DNA from: Bigelowiella natans CCMP2755
Lineage: Eukaryota > Protista > Cercozoa
DNA: 64,000 nt
NCBI GenBank assembly: GCA_000320545.1
Contig: ADNK01000023.1
Coordinates: forward strand, 1-64,000
Direction of reading: 5' to 3'
Shown: positions 63,349-64,000 of the stretch, in pieces
Layout of the letters: the number at the start of each line of letters is the position of its first letter
How positions within the stretch are numbered: position 1 is the stretch's first letter
The notes under the pieces: generated by a model
Seen by the model: the letters and a program-made list of their open reading frames with translations, nothing else
Database searches by the model: none
Told to the model about the DNA's origin: nothing
Made by a program: the position numbers and the translations under genes

Positions 63349-64000
63349 TAACATACACCATATACTAATATTTGGTTCTGAACATAATAAAACATAACAA
63401 TGTTCTCTTGTGAGAAAAATGAGTTCCAAAGGAACCTGGGCATTGTCGCATTCTTGAACTGCTTTGCTGACACCGCCGCCATTGTCAATGCAATTAGCTG
63501 CCACTTGTTCAACTAGGCAATGCAGTATTATCGGGACTGTTGTGCACTCCTCCGGAATCACGGCCTGAGAAAACAACATCACCAAAAACAGAAAGGAGAC
63601 TCATATTAGGGACGATGCTCCTCATTCACGAGGGTAGTATGTGCTCGATATTCAGATTCGCGCAAATATACCAGTCTTGATTTGTACAGTGCGAGTTCAT
63701 CTTCTACTGGCGGCTGAGACTCATTTTTCTTTTCCTCCTCTTCCTTTTGCCCCTCGTCCTCCTTTTTCTCTTCCTCCGGTGCAGCATCATCTCCTCCATC
63801 TTTCTTCTCTTCCTCTTCATTTTTGGCTGCCTCCTCCACTGGGTAGGCATCCCAATCTTCTTTCACTTCCCTGCACTCGAAACGCATCTCTTTTCCTGAT
63901 AACGAAACTTCCTGGGAAATTTCGAACAAATGTATTAGGATTAGGCCTCCAACCTATTATGTGTAATAATATGTTTCATGTTAATAAATGTCATGGAAGC
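58304..64000 (-). CDS. SPAG17: SPAG17/PF6-like flagellar central-pair protein, 3' portion (5' end beyond the window)
   Basis: ILHCLVEQVA, RYSPRDDTVLVACH, repeated beta-hairpin units (GVVLVRKTNGDNVILMPNGTV, VTTREDFVMYIAYENGSTLVQHKDGTRI), PRLFCIRRDGTGYEL, and a C-terminal PapD/ASH-like domain (IHFG...LKNEG...GAVAAGMSAVIEVQL). The final ~4.9-kb exon starts at ~63200. Confidence 0.82.

Noticed and set aside
63201-63361. N-terminus of the 1685-aa ORF (MVYVSISLSLSL...)
   Set aside because: Intronic CT/AT microsatellite read through in frame; the exon begins at ~63200 after a CAG acceptor.

Overview
Eukaryotic nuclear DNA from a compact, intron-rich genome. The organism is probably a flagellated protist; the style resembles chlorarachniophytes such as Bigelowiella, but that is inference only. 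Most short ORFs in the track are artefacts of intronic microsatellites. Left end: the 3' part of an apparently intact Ty3/Gypsy-type LTR retrotransposon (RT connection, RNase H, integrase, PPT, 326-bp 3' LTR). Its integrase carries an unexpected C-terminal domain resembling the Dam-like N6-adenine methyltransferase domain of DIRS elements. About 13 host genes follow in almost perfectly alternating orientation: PP2C phosphatase, DUF4419 protein, AAA_33-like P-loop kinase, tRNA-dihydrouridine synthase, an unknown protein, an HXXXD acyltransferase-fold protein, a GYF_2 protein, a prokaryotic-type MORC/GHKL ATPase, a low-complexity protein, a polycystin/REJ-GPS-PDZ receptor-like protein, hexose-6-phosphate mutarotase, a dual-specificity phosphatase and SPAG17/PF6. 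The most striking non-gene signal is local loss of TpA (except in CTA/TAG context) with TGCA/CATG gain in spacers downstream of gene 3' ends. This suggests a RIP-like A-to-G hypermutation process. Exon boundaries were assembled by eye and are approximate; no tRNA, rRNA or CRISPR array was seen.
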